Positions 40,501 to 53,017 of a stretch of DNA of 64,000 bases are shown piece after piece (positions within the stretch are counted from its first letter, which is position 1; every line of letters begins with the position of its first letter). The position numbers and the translations under genes were made by a program. The notes beneath the pieces are model-generated. The model was not told the DNA's origin. It did not search any database and saw nothing but the letters and a program-made list of their open reading frames with translations. Origin of the DNA: Cenococcum geophilum (lineage: Eukaryota); assembly GCA_050273025.1 (NCBI GenBank), contig CP158636.1, positions 1-64,000 on the forward strand, in the 5' to 3' direction.

Positions 40501-43500
40501 AAGTTCTAATAACCTTAACTAGAGTTATAAATAACTTTTATAATAGCACTAAATATATAAAATATTAGGTATTTTATATAAACTTTAATCTAAGTTTAAA
40601 AGCTTTAACTTAGAGCCTTATATATAAAGTTTAATTAATATATTAATATATATATATATTAGGATACTTTAACATAGTGCAATAGACGTAGTGTACATAT
40701 AGTGCGGTATATAGTTAGATTCTTTTATTCTATTCTATAAAAAGGGGGAATATATATAAAGCTAATTGCTAAGGCGCTAGTAGTAGTTAAGCTAACAGTA
40801 AAGTAGGGCGGTAGAACGGCAATATGCGGTATATTACGGCAATATCGCCGTAATATACCAAATATTATAGAATATTATACCAATAATATATAAGGTTTTT
40901 TAAAAGAAACCCCTTAAAACCCCTCTTTATAGAGCTTTTACTTTATTTATTATTAAGTAATATTATTTTATTAAAAAGATCTATTATAGTAACTAAAGTA
41001 CCCTATTTAAGTTAGGCTTAATTTAAAAGTAATATAAAATCTAATTAATATTATTATATATATAAGGCTTTCTAAAAAAAGACTTCTTAAACCCCTTTAT
41101 AAAGCTTTTAAAAGTAATAATAAAGCTAAAGTGCCTTAATTACTACTAGATAGTATTATTTTATTAAAATATACTTTTATTATATTATACTATAAGGGCT
41201 ATTTTATAATAAAGGGTAAGCTTTAAGTAAAGGCTTATATAAAGCTTTAATAGAGCTTTATATAGAGCTTTTATAGGGCTTTATTAAAGCTTAATATATA
41301 GCATTTTAAAAGTATAGACTACTTATACTTTATAATATTTTAATATTTATTATATAGATTCTGCTATAACTTATTATATATAAGTTTTTTTTTAACTAAT
41401 TAAAAGCTAACTTAGTAGGGGTTTAAATTCTAGTATCTAAATATATAGATTATTTATACCTTAAATTAATAAAGGGGTTATATAACCTATGCTAATAGTT
41501 AGTTTATTTAGCTTAGCTATAATAATATATATAAGATAGCTAACGCTTTTAACGGCTAAGCAATTTCCCTATACTTCTAACTACTTAAAATCCTAAATAA
41601 CTAAAGGCCAGTACCTCCTAATCTATATATTATATAATATTAAATCTCCTTAGTACTAAACGCTAGCCAAAACGTATAATTCTTAAACTTTAAGTAAATG
41701 ATTTTACTAGTTGGGACCCTTCTAAGCACACTAACGCTATTAAGGCATATATCGCTTTTACAGGACGTTTAACCAATAGTTTAGAATTTAGGAAACACTA
41801 CGCCTATATTAAGCCGTTTTAAGCCATAGAGCTAAATTAGATCTTATTTTATATCACTATAGATATAAAGAAAGACTTACCCAATCCCCTAGCTATTTAG
41901 GAGCTACCATATAATATATATCGCGTCCGTTATAATAAGGAGGTATAGCCAAGTAAAACGAACTAAGAACGTTAAGGAAAAGAATTACCTAACTCAAATA
42001 CGTAAGTATAGTGATGTTCTATACCTTTAGGCAAAGCAGCCATATTAAAGGTTTAATTTAGATTTTAGACTTTAGAATCAATCTAAACCGCTTACATTAC
42101 TAGGGCAAAGTAATATTAATATTATACTACAATTAGGCCGTTGGCTAGGGTAACTTTTAAAAAGGCTTTTAAAAAACTGCCTTAACTATCACTACCTTAA
42201 CCATCTAAACTAACGTAGTGGCAAATATTGTTATTTCAAATACCGTTTAAAAAAAACTTTATTAAGGTAGTAAATCCTTTAGCTAATCTATACAGACCTA
42301 TTATATAGGACCTACCTAGCGTTGCTTAATTATTTTGGTAAACTAAATCAACTTAAGCAATAATCTAAGAACCTCTAATTAATCGGCGTTCGCTTTTACT
42401 GCCCGCTTAGTCCTACGCCCTTATAGACTTTTAGGAACTTTACTTTATACATACCCTTCTATCAGTTATAGGCATTACGTCATATACAAAGACTATTTCT
42501 TAAAAGGGTCTATTAACGAAGATCCAAAGTTAAGGAAAAGGAAAAAAGAGAACAAGCAGCACCGCTTAAAGATTTATATAATCTTTAAGTCACATAACCG
42601 CAACCTACGGCAATCTGCCGTAATCTACCGCAATTTGCCAATACCGTAACACCTAGAGGTTGCGCTATAGTAGAAATTAGTAGAACGAGTTTCTCTTAAG
42701 TACTAAATATCGCCTTTATCACCTCTATTATGTACATTTTTTTTAAGCAAGTAGTACTCCCTTACCCCCAATACTATATAGCCTAGTGTCGTACAATACC
42801 ACTAAGGTAGCGCCTTATCGGGCAGTAACGATGCCTAACTCTGCAAACCCTTTATATAGTACAGCATCAGTCCTTATAAACACCTTACTATTCTTCTCAA
42901 TACCCCCTAAATCTCACCCTAATTTATTCTCTTTAAAATGTGCAAGCAACGTTGCCATTATTATTAAGGGTGTGACCATCTAAATGCCTATAATTACGTC
43001 AGATATTCGGTAGCTCTTACACGCCCTAACTAAACCCTTTATATGCCTATAAGTGGATCTATTCAAAATCTTCTATAAGCCCTTAATATACAAAACCAAG
43101 ACTTAGCCGGTTTATATCCACCTTATTCCAGCCTAACTCCTTTAAGCTCTTAGGATTCGCAGTAATCATATCTAAATACGTACTTAGCAATAGGTATAAC
43201 TAAGGATTAGGTGTAACGTATATAACTTTAGCGCTAAGGACTTAATAGATAGCTGGCCCGGTTTAGGTAAGGGTTACAATAATAGTAGTATTATGGGTTT
43301 ATAAGGCCCGGAGTATACGATTACAATAATTAATATACCTCCTACCTTATAATACCTTAGGAGATAGGCTTAAAGGGTAAAATAGGATGCAATAATTACT
43401 AAGGAACTATCCAAGAAGAATCATTACTTATACTTATGCAGACACCCTATCATTAATTTATAATAGGTATCTATTAATCCTATAAGTAAACCAATCCTAC

Positions 43501-44779
43501 CACCGCCTAAGTCTCCTATTAGTTGCTATTCGGCTAGGCCATTATAGAGTATACATACGTAAGGTGGCCGAAGCTTCTAATAGCCAAGCAATTTCCCTAC
43601 GCTTAAAATCCCAAACAATTAGAGGCTAACCCCCAATCTATACACTACACAATATCAAACCCCCCTAATGCTAAACACTAGCCAAAACGTATAATTCTCA
43701 GACTTCAAGTAAATGAATTTACCGGTCGGGACCCTTCTAAGTACACTAACGCCATTAAGGCATATCTCGCCTTTGCAGGACGTTTAACCAATAATTTAAA
43801 ATTCAGAAAACACCACTCCTATATCAAGCCGTTTTAAGCCCTAAAGGTAAACCAAACCTCATTCTATATTACTATAGATATAGAGACAGACTTAGCCAAC
43901 TCCCTAAATATCTAGGAGCTACCATATAAGATATATCGCGTCCGTTATAATAAGGAGGGGAAGTTATAAGGCTAGTACTCCCTCTTCTATAAATTAGCTA
44001 ACTTAGTATATAGCCAAATAAAGCAAATTCAGAACGTTATTAAGGAAAATAATTACTTAACTCGGATACGCAAGTACACTAATATTTTATTACCTTAGGC
44101 AAAGTAGTGATATTAAAGGTTCGATTTGAATTCTGGACTAGTTTTAGCCTCATTTTTATAACCAATCTAAACCGCTTACATTACTAGGGCAAAGTAATAT
44201 ATTAATATTGTACTACGGTTAGGCTATTAGCTAGGGGAACTTTTAGAAAGGCTTCCAAAAAACTGCCTTAACCATCTAAAGTAACGTAGTAGCGAATATT
44301 GTTGTTATTTACGGTCCGTAATACTATTTGCTAGCCTATTCTCATAACACTTAACGCTTAAGCCCCTATATCTTATAGACTTTTAGGGAACTTCACTTCA
44401 TAGGTCGTATACCAGGACTATTTCTTAGAAGGCTTTTTAAATATTGCTTTATACATTACCACCTAGCAAATACTCGGCATAATCTATATAATACGTACGC
44501 AGGTAGGTTCTAAGGTAAGTTAGCAGCACCCCTAATCTGCAAGATATGTAAATAAATACGCCGGAATTAGGGAGATAGTTAAAAAGATCCGTAAGTAGGG
44601 ATAAAAGACAATGTAGTATGGCTAGGGGGGGAGAGGAGAGAGGTTATATATAAATAGATTTATATCGCGTTCTTAAAGCGTTTTACGATACCTTCTATAT
44701 TACAATTTTATTCTTCTCTATTCTTTTTTCCTTTTCGTTCCCTATCTTAGGGGGCTAGAGCATATAAGCTAGAGAGTTA

Positions 44780-45962
44780 GTGCGTTAGGTTATAGCCGAA
44801 ATTAGGCATTTAGCGCTGCTAAATTCCGGCGTATTAACACTTTTAGCAGAAAGGCGATGTTCCTTTAACCACCCGGCTAGATGCCCAGTAGAATAGATTT
44901 AAAGGTAAAAATGTTTTCAGTATATTCCTAGGCTAACCTTATATAAATAATTTGTAAATTTTAGCATTCCAAATCCTCTAAAGTAAGAATAGTAGTTCTC
45001 CAACAACTTAAATTTTGCTAGAATTATACAGTATATATTAAGACGTTGTCGCTTAATTTCGCTACATAGCCATCCACAAACAAAGGGGAGAAGATCTGCT
45101 TCAATTTAAGCATTATATAAGATACACAAATGTCCTACTAGGCGGTCCTCTTTATCCTCCGCCATAAGACCGCGAATATATCCTTTAAGAAGACGACAAC
45201 AGCATTAACTGTCCTAAATACTAAGGGGAGACGCTACCTAAAACTCCCTAGGAGTATATAACTTCTAGCTTAGGGCAATGGCAAGAATTACAAAAACACA
45301 GATAAACACGTCCTATATTAACATTAGATATTAACGCACTTTATAGTGTTTACATCAATAGAGTTAAGAGCTATTCCAATCTCCCTCACTACTAGCTGCT
45401 TATCTATTCGTGCCCAAAAACTTTTAAGCTTATCTTCGTTGTTATAATATATTAAGTTTTAGTTTCGCCACTAATTCTTACTCCTATCTCCCTCCCTAAT
45501 AGAAAGTACAGCAGTACGCTTTTACTTTCTCAATATAACATTCTTAAGGGATAAACAGCCTATTGCGACATATTAGCCTGTTATAGATAAATGTAATAAC
45601 CAGTTAATATACTATTAGTTTTCTTGCCAAGATACTAAGTATACTGTATATAAAAGAGAAAGCACTTTGTCTCTGCTTAGGCGGCTTTAAACATTAAGGT
45701 CTAAAACAAACCACTTCTATATAGGTTTGTCTGTGTTAAAATACGGAGGTATATATATATAGTCGTAAGCTAAAAGCTGCAGTTTATAACAGTATTACTA
45801 GTTAAGGAATTAATAATAGAATATATCTGTAAGAGTATTATAACGGTTTTAAGGGCATTTAGGCAGGTCCGTTATATAGATCTAAAGTATTACCTAAGCC
45901 AGATTAGTGCTAAAGTTATCCATTTATATCTTATTAAAGAGTAGTTATATAAGAGGAGACAT
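44780..45962 (-). pseudogene. RIP-degraded gene of unknown function
   Basis: ATG at 45960-45962; RIP-reverted MSPLIQLLFDEMQMDNFGTDLAQVMLRIHVTDLPKC...MPPYFDTDKPVQKWFVLDLDV; 3' boundary uncertain. Confidence 0.45.
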
Positions 45963-46749
45963 CTTAATATAGTATATGCGATAGAATAGTGTAACTTAAA
46001 CGGGAAAGTAACTAAAATTTAAGGAAGTTGATTTTGTTATATTTTATCGCGGCAGTTAGCCTATGCGAGGATATTAGTGGGGTAAGACTGCGCCGACTAA
46101 GGTCTAAAAACCTAGTTATCCGCGCCGACGCCATAAAGGTAATTTTAATAGCAGTGCACACATAAAGGGCCTTTTCTCCTATACTCGCTACATAGCGGCA
46201 TAGAATCGCTAGCGTATTATATTAATCCTAACTAATTCTAGACACCTTATTTAACTAATTCGGCCTCTTTACGCAATACTTTTCTCATTACCAACCTCCT
46301 TACTTTAGCTACGCGCGCTACGCTGCTACTAATATAAGGACTTTTAGAAAGGCTTCTAAAAAACTACCTTAATTTACCATCTACTATCTAAGTAACAATC
46401 CCTCGGCTTAGCTAGCGCCTTAGTAACTAGCCTATATATTTCTTTACATCTTTCCTTCTCCTTAGTTTAGTATTTTTGTAATACAGCATTTATTTAAGCT
46501 TCGATTTAGAAGCATTTGTTTAAGCCATAATACTTAACAAAGGTTTATAAAAGCATTTATATTTCTCGCCCTAAAGGTTACGCTATCCCTTCCGCTAGTA
46601 TATCCTGTCCTACTATTATTAATAAGAGCTAGCTAATAGAATCAATACGATTAAGACCCTACGACTATTTATTATTCGCGTACGGTCCGCCTCTTATAGG
46701 ACCAGCGAAAGGGATAATAGAGATTAGTGAAATAAATTTCTCTTCAGCA

Positions 46750-47600
46750 CTAAATATCGCCTTTATCACCCCCGTTATATACATTTTTTTATATAAGTAG
46801 TACTCCCCTACCCCTAATGCTATATGGCCTAGTGTCGTATAATGCTACTAAGGTAGCGCCTCGTCAGGTAGTAGTAATGCCCAACTTTATAAACCTTTTA
46901 TATAGTACGGAGTCAGTCCTTATAAATACCCTACTAAGGCCACACTATCCTTCTTAACGCCGCCTAAATCTCACTCTAATTTATTCTTTTTAAAATATAC
47001 AAGCAATATTACCATCATTACTAGGATTATGGCCATCTTTATCCCTATTATTACGTCAAATGTTCGGTAGCTCTTATACGCCCTAACTAAAAAATTTATA
47101 TACCTATAAGTGGATCTATATAAGATCTTCTACAAGCCCTTAATATATAAGACCAAGACTTAGCTAGTTTATATCCACCTTATTATAGCCTATCTCCTCT
47201 AAGCTTTAAGCATTTACAGTAATTATATCTAGATACGTACTTAGCAATAGGTATAACTAAGGATTAGGTGCAACGTATAAAACTTTAGCGCTAAGGACTT
47301 AATAAATAGGTAGCCCGGTTTAGGTTCGGGTTAAAATAATAGTAGTATTATAGGTCTATAAGGCCTAGAGTATAAGGAGGCAATAATTAATATACTTCCT
47401 ACCTTATAATACCTTAGGAAATAGGCTTAAAGGGCAAAGTAAGATACGATATTTGCTAAAAAACCATTTAAGAAGAATTGTTACTCTATAAGCGTAATAG
47501 TAGTCATGCCATATTCTATATTATTCCTCTATTATAATCCGTTAGCTTACCTCGCTAAGTCCTAACGACCTTAACTAAAGTCGCGGACTACTTCCACAAT
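46750..47600 (-). pseudogene. Cassette gene B, unknown function (other copies ~38970-40540, 42720-43410)
   Basis: RIP-reverted minus-strand frame ...RAYESYRTFDVMMGMEMATILVMMATLLAHFEENELEWDLGG...LPDEALPWWHCTTLGH; a GTACGT intron donor is present in all three copies. Confidence 0.45.
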
Positions 47601-47659
47601 AGTACTAATAAATAGGTCACATAACCCGTGCCAACAATTAGTTTATTTACACTTATGCA

Positions 47660-48350
47660 GATACCCTATTATTAATTCGTAATAAGTATCTATTAGTCCC
47701 ATAGGTAAACCAATCCTATTACTACCTAGGTCTCCTATTAGTTGCTATTCCGCTAGGCCGTAATAATATATACAAGGTAGCTGTATATATATAGTAGCCG
47801 ACGCTTCTAATAGCTAAGCAATTTCCCCACACTTCTAACTACCTAAAAATCCTAAACAACTAAAGGCCAACACCCCTTATCTATATATCACAATATCAAA
47901 CCCCTCTAGTGCTGAACACTAGCCAAAACATATAATTTTTAGACTTTAAGTAAACGAATTTACCGGTCGGGACCCTTCCAAGTACACTAACACCATTAAG
48001 GCATATCTCGCTTTTATAGGACGTTTAACCAATAGTTTAGAATTTAGGAAACACTACGCCCATATTAAGCCGTTTTAAGCCCTAAAGCTAAACCAAATCT
48101 TATTCCATATTACTATAGATATAAAAAAAGACTTAGCTAACCCCCTAACTATCTAGAAGCTACCATATAAGATATATCGCGTCCATTATAATAAGGAGGG
48201 AAAGTTATAAGGCTAGTATTCCCTCCTCTATAAATTAGCTAACTTAGTATATAGCTAAGTAAAACAAATTCAGAACGTTATTAAGGAAAAGAATTACTTA
48301 ACTTAAATACGCAAGCATAGTAATGTTTTATACCCTTAGGCAAAGTAGCC
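47660..48350 (+). pseudogene. Cassette gene A, small intron-containing protein of unknown function (other copies ~38090-38690, 41480-42040, 43435-44105)
   Basis: Consensus across copies reads approx. PKRVILRLQVNEFTGRDPSEYTDAIEAYLAFAGRLTN.SEFRKHHAHIEPFQAPE...LPHEIYRVRRNEEGKL; intron with GCTAAC branch site; second exon ...YLTRIRKHSDVLYPWAK. Confidence 0.6.
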
Positions 48351-48659
48351 ATATTAAAGGTTCAATTTAAATTTTGGACTAGTTTTAGCCTTATTTTTAG
48401 AACCAATCTATACCATTTACATCACTAGGGCAAATATATTAATATTATACTATAGTTAGGCCGTTAGCTAAGGTAACTTTTAAAAAGGCTTCTAAAAAAC
48501 TACCTTAATTACTATCTACCATCTATATTACTATTTACCTCTACCGTCTATAACACCATTTAAGACCCTTATTAAGGTAGCAATCCCTTAACTTAGCGTT
48601 GCTTCACTACTTAGGTTAACTATACTAACTTAAGTAATAATCTAAGAACCTCTAATTAA

Positions 48660-51600
48660 TCGGCGTCTACTTTTACCAATAAGAACGCTGCTATGCTCTC
48701 TATATCCTTAGAGTCAATACTATATCACCATAAGCGCTCTACCTAGGCCTATTTAACATCCCCTATAGCCGCTATTATACCCAAAATAACGCTTAACACA
48801 AGCTCGCTGTATTAGCACTAGTTAACTCCACTTTATTTCCAGCCCTAGGTAGGATCCTTTATCCACCGGTTGCATAGCTCTTAAGGCACTATATAGTAAT
48901 AACACCCGCTAAACTTAGCAAAGCGTAACATTAATTATAACCTCCTAGCGGTATTTTAAACGGTGCCCGCTAAGGGCATAATGTAGGTGCGTATATTATA
49001 TAAGGCTTCGCTAGCCTAGGCCATATATATTAGGCAGTATATTATCCACTAGATAAGATAGTATCTTAGCTACTCTAGCGTAAGCTGTTCCGCCCTTACT
49101 AAGGCGGTTACTTTCAATCGCTAAACGCTTATCTGCGCTTCCTACATCACAAACTTAGCCTTATCGGCGTCTAAAAGAACAGGCACGTCCAACTCTTAAC
49201 CATCTAGCCGTTCGGCAGCGTAGACATTACATAGCTTCTCACCATTAATACAACCGTTCCAGACCGGTATTCTATCTATTTTCCCGTCTAGGTATTTATT
49301 AAGTACCACCCTACAGCAGGTTTTAACATCTACTTCCCTTTAGAAATAGTCCAGCAAAACTACCCTACGGCCTTAATCGCTGTCCATAGGCGTATTAAGC
49401 CTATTACTAAGAAAAATAACAGCCTAGCTTACCCTTCTATCGCGGCCTACTCTCCCGCTCTCTTAGGCGTAGTCTTTAACTAACCTCAAAACTCCTAGGT
49501 ACAGCACTGCGTCTATACTAAGTATATCAACGCCCAAACCTAGCGAGCTCGTAGCGATAACGGTCCCGTTATTACTAGAAATAAAGCGCTTAAGCACATC
49601 CTCTCAGTCAATTAATTCGGAATAGTAGGCTACATAGTAGAGGCTTTTGCTAAGACTATTGATTATTTATCTTACGTAGCAGTATATAATCACTTTCCCC
49701 TATAGCTCTGGTAGACCCATAATATAGCGGCCAATAACTTAAGCAGCTCAGTCAATAGCGGCTATAGTTAGGCTCTATACCGGCTCCTTATCCATATTAA
49801 TAATAGTATAGCGTATATTACATCTAGTGGTAGGCGCCCTAATTAACTTAACACTCTTAGTAGTAAAGTGCATCTTACGCCAAAGCCACTACTCTTCTAT
49901 TGGGGGGAGAGTAGCTATTAGGAGCACTATCTATATTTATATAGCTACTAGATAACCTAGGCGTTATAAAGGCGCGTAGAACTTACTGCTCCCGTCTAGT
50001 ACGGTATAGCATTTATTAATTACGATTTGTGCTAGGCGGCCTATAACTCACATTCTATTTATAAATATCTAAAAGCTATCTACTTTAACCGCCTTAGGCG
50101 TTATAAACACTATTAATACTACGTCAGCAAGGCTGCGCCTATCCTATACTATAGCCTATAGCCTAGCCAACTTATATCTTCATAGAAGATCCTATCGAAG
50201 AAAAAGCAGCGGAATAATAATAATAGTAAGGCCTACATTATTATAAACGGCCGGCAATATAAACATCAGACTCTTACCACCGCCTATTAGTATAACAATA
50301 ACTACTAAACTTTCCCTATATAAGATTGCGTAGATACCGATCTGTTACGTACCCCAAAATTTAGCTTACTCTCCACATATAGCTTTTAACTATATTATAG
50401 CGTTAACGGTTCTTAGGCCGCGCTATCTTATCCACTTAGTATTGCCGGTTAGATCTATAGGTATAACGTGCTTTTAGGATTTAGAGGAAGTGTTCACAAC
50501 GCTATATAGAAGAAAGGCTAGGAAGGCGTGCTACTCAGTACTTAATCTTTAAAATCGTTACCTTTTACTTATAGTAGTTTTAACCAACTCTCCTATAAGA
50601 CGCGTATATACGGTCTCGCCTATCCAGGCCATATAGCCTGCCTACTCTTTATATATTATATTAAAAGATCCTAGCTTATCCTTTTCTAAGCCACTATCGT
50701 TACTACTCTCAATAAAGGCAGACTAAGTCTTTAGGTACTTTTAACTAATAGCAATTATAACCTAGCAGTATATTTAGATATTAAGCCTACATCCTAGGCC
50801 AGCCTCTATTTCTTACTAAAGGGTATAGGTAAAGCGGCCAGAGTTCCATTTAGTGCCTTACGCGTTAGGCGGCCATATTTTATACAATATAGTATTTTTT
50901 AGCCAGAGCATCTGCTCTAACGCGCGCTAAAATAGTAATATAAGCTAGAGGTATAGAACAACTAATCTCCTAACCTTATTAGGTATAAATTAGTAAATAA
51001 CCTTAAACCATCCGGTATAGCGGGAGCCCTTAGAGTATTAAGGTACGAATATAACCATACCATAGATAATAAAAATGTTTCAATGTTTGCCTATAATGGT
51101 GTTACTATAACATATACTTAATATCTCAGTGCCTCTCGCGGGCTGGCCCCCTACAATATATATAAGCACTAGAAGCTTATACAAAAGCGCTTTAACTTAA
51201 TTAAGGTAGGTTTTAATACTAGACTTATTTAGTCTACCTTCCAGGCCTTAGAGTTTAAATATAGCCTAGCGCTATTTATCTAGCGCAATATAGTTTATAA
51301 GCTAGTCCTAGGTATAGAAAATATATTTATTACAAGGGTTTTAAAGAAAGTTCTAGCCAAGAACGGAGTTACTAGGGTCGTCCTAAAGGGCTTCAATCCG
51401 CACGGTTAGGGTACTAGTACGTTATTCGTCAAATAGTAGGTCTTAGTAGACTAAACATTCTATATCTTTAATAAGGCTATAGACAAAACTATAAAACTCG
51501 GGCATTATAAAACAAATGGTTTTATAGAGTAGCTTATTATCAACCCATTCTACCTCGCCCTTAATTATTACTTTAAAGTGCACCTTTAGGCCGTAGGTTT

Positions 51601-53017
51601 AAAGGTCTAGCATCCACTACATTAATCCCTTAGTCCCTCGCACTATAAACTTATCTATTATCTTAGTTAACAACTCTAGGCATCTTCCCTCCGGTATATC
51701 TTAGTGGGCATTACTACAGACGGTATCTATATCGGCAATTAGGGCAGCTTATATAACCATAAACTAACTAAGCTTTATTATAGCCAATAGTGTCTTAGTA
51801 TATACGCCGCACTCCTTCTACCCCACTACTATTATACCCTATAGGGCTAATGTATATACTAAGGGACTCTTATATTTAGTACTATGTACTCTCTAGTCTA
51901 GAAGTAAAAGACAAAACACTAGGTAAGCCTTAGCTAAGGGGCTAAGTATATTGCCCTCGCATAACCTAATAGGGGTATCAGTACTATGCTCTGCGGTACA
52001 TAGTAGCGCTAACTAGGTACGCTCTTATTAGTTATTAAGTATATATCTAGGGCTAACTCTATCTACTATAGGCTATATCCATCTAAAGAATATAAGCACC
52101 ATCTATTACGGTCTACAGTAGTTATTAGGGGGCTTCTTGCCTTAATATAATTAGAGGGGTTAGTATCAGTCCTAGTGTACCTAATCCCGGATAGCTTTGG
52201 TTTATAAAAAGATACTAGCCTTTAAGGCTATAGTTTCGTTATAGGTCTAGTAGAGCTCAGCCATAGCATTCTATATTGTAGTAAGGGTTAACTTATTATC
52301 CGGGTTAGGTTTATCAATTAAGGCTAGGAGTAATTCCAACTCAGCGGTGTTAAGGTAGTTATGCCACCTAGTATATTCCACCTAGGGGTCTATCTTAAAG
52401 ACATTTCGGCAGTCTATATAGGTATTCATCACTCATTCCTTCTCGTTACAGGCAATAAGACTACCGTGCATAAATACTAGGAAATCATAGTTACTAGCTT
52501 TAGCAACGTTGTCCGCCTCTATATTAGTTACGGCTATATTAATAGCAAAGAAGCTTAAGCCGTGTCGGCTTAGGAATAGCCTTTAATAGGCGGTTTACTT
52601 CTAGGGATCAGATATAGTCCGTTTAGTTAGTTATCTAGTAGTATTAGTTAGGCGGCCCTTACACGCATATTTCTTCTATAAGTGTTAATCTCGGCAGTAT
52701 ATAGCCATTTTCTTCGTACTTCTGTATATATATCGGCAGATTTCCAGTATAAGCTAGTAAAGGAGCCCATTATAATATATATTTAGGTAAGGGATAAGTT
52801 ACTCAAGGGTCCAAAAATTTAGTAACTTATTGCGTTTACGGACAAGTTAGTCTAGGGCTTAGACAAGGCGTACTAGTTCTTAGAGTTTAACTTTATCTAG
52901 CCGGTAGTAGATGCCGCTAAAATATTAGCGGACTTCGGAAGGCTATACCATATATTAACAATTAGGAGCGGTATAAACGATAATTTAGTATTCCGGTAGA
53001 TGGATTAGATTCTCTAT
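48660..53017 (-). pseudogene. Telomere-linked helicase (TLH)-type gene: DUF3505-like Cys/His N-terminus + tyrosine-recombinase-like domain + RecQ helicase
   Basis: N-terminus MENLIHLPEHQIIVCTAPDC...HFSGIHH; GGQPARGTEILSI (~51115-51152); QAGHTAWIGETVYAR (~50601-50645); VMPTGGGKSLMF (~50262-50297); IVIDECH (~50005-50025); YAQESGRAGR (~49442-49471). Oriented toward the telomere. Confidence 0.9.

Larger units (their letters stand above)
37870..48670. repeat. Degenerate tandem array of a divergent two-gene cassette (4 copies of gene A, 3 of gene B)
   Basis: Gene-A block at ~38090-38850, 41480-42190, 43430-44280 and 47650-48510; gene-B block at ~38970-40540, 42700-43410 and 46740-47600; each A copy is followed by the dispersed palindrome plus CT(G/A)CCTTAA. 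Confidence 0.9.

Noticed and set aside
41935..41950. Apparent intron loss in the second copy of cassette gene A
   Set aside because: The deletion removes exon bases and leaves the acceptor end, so it is not a precise splice or retrocopy event.
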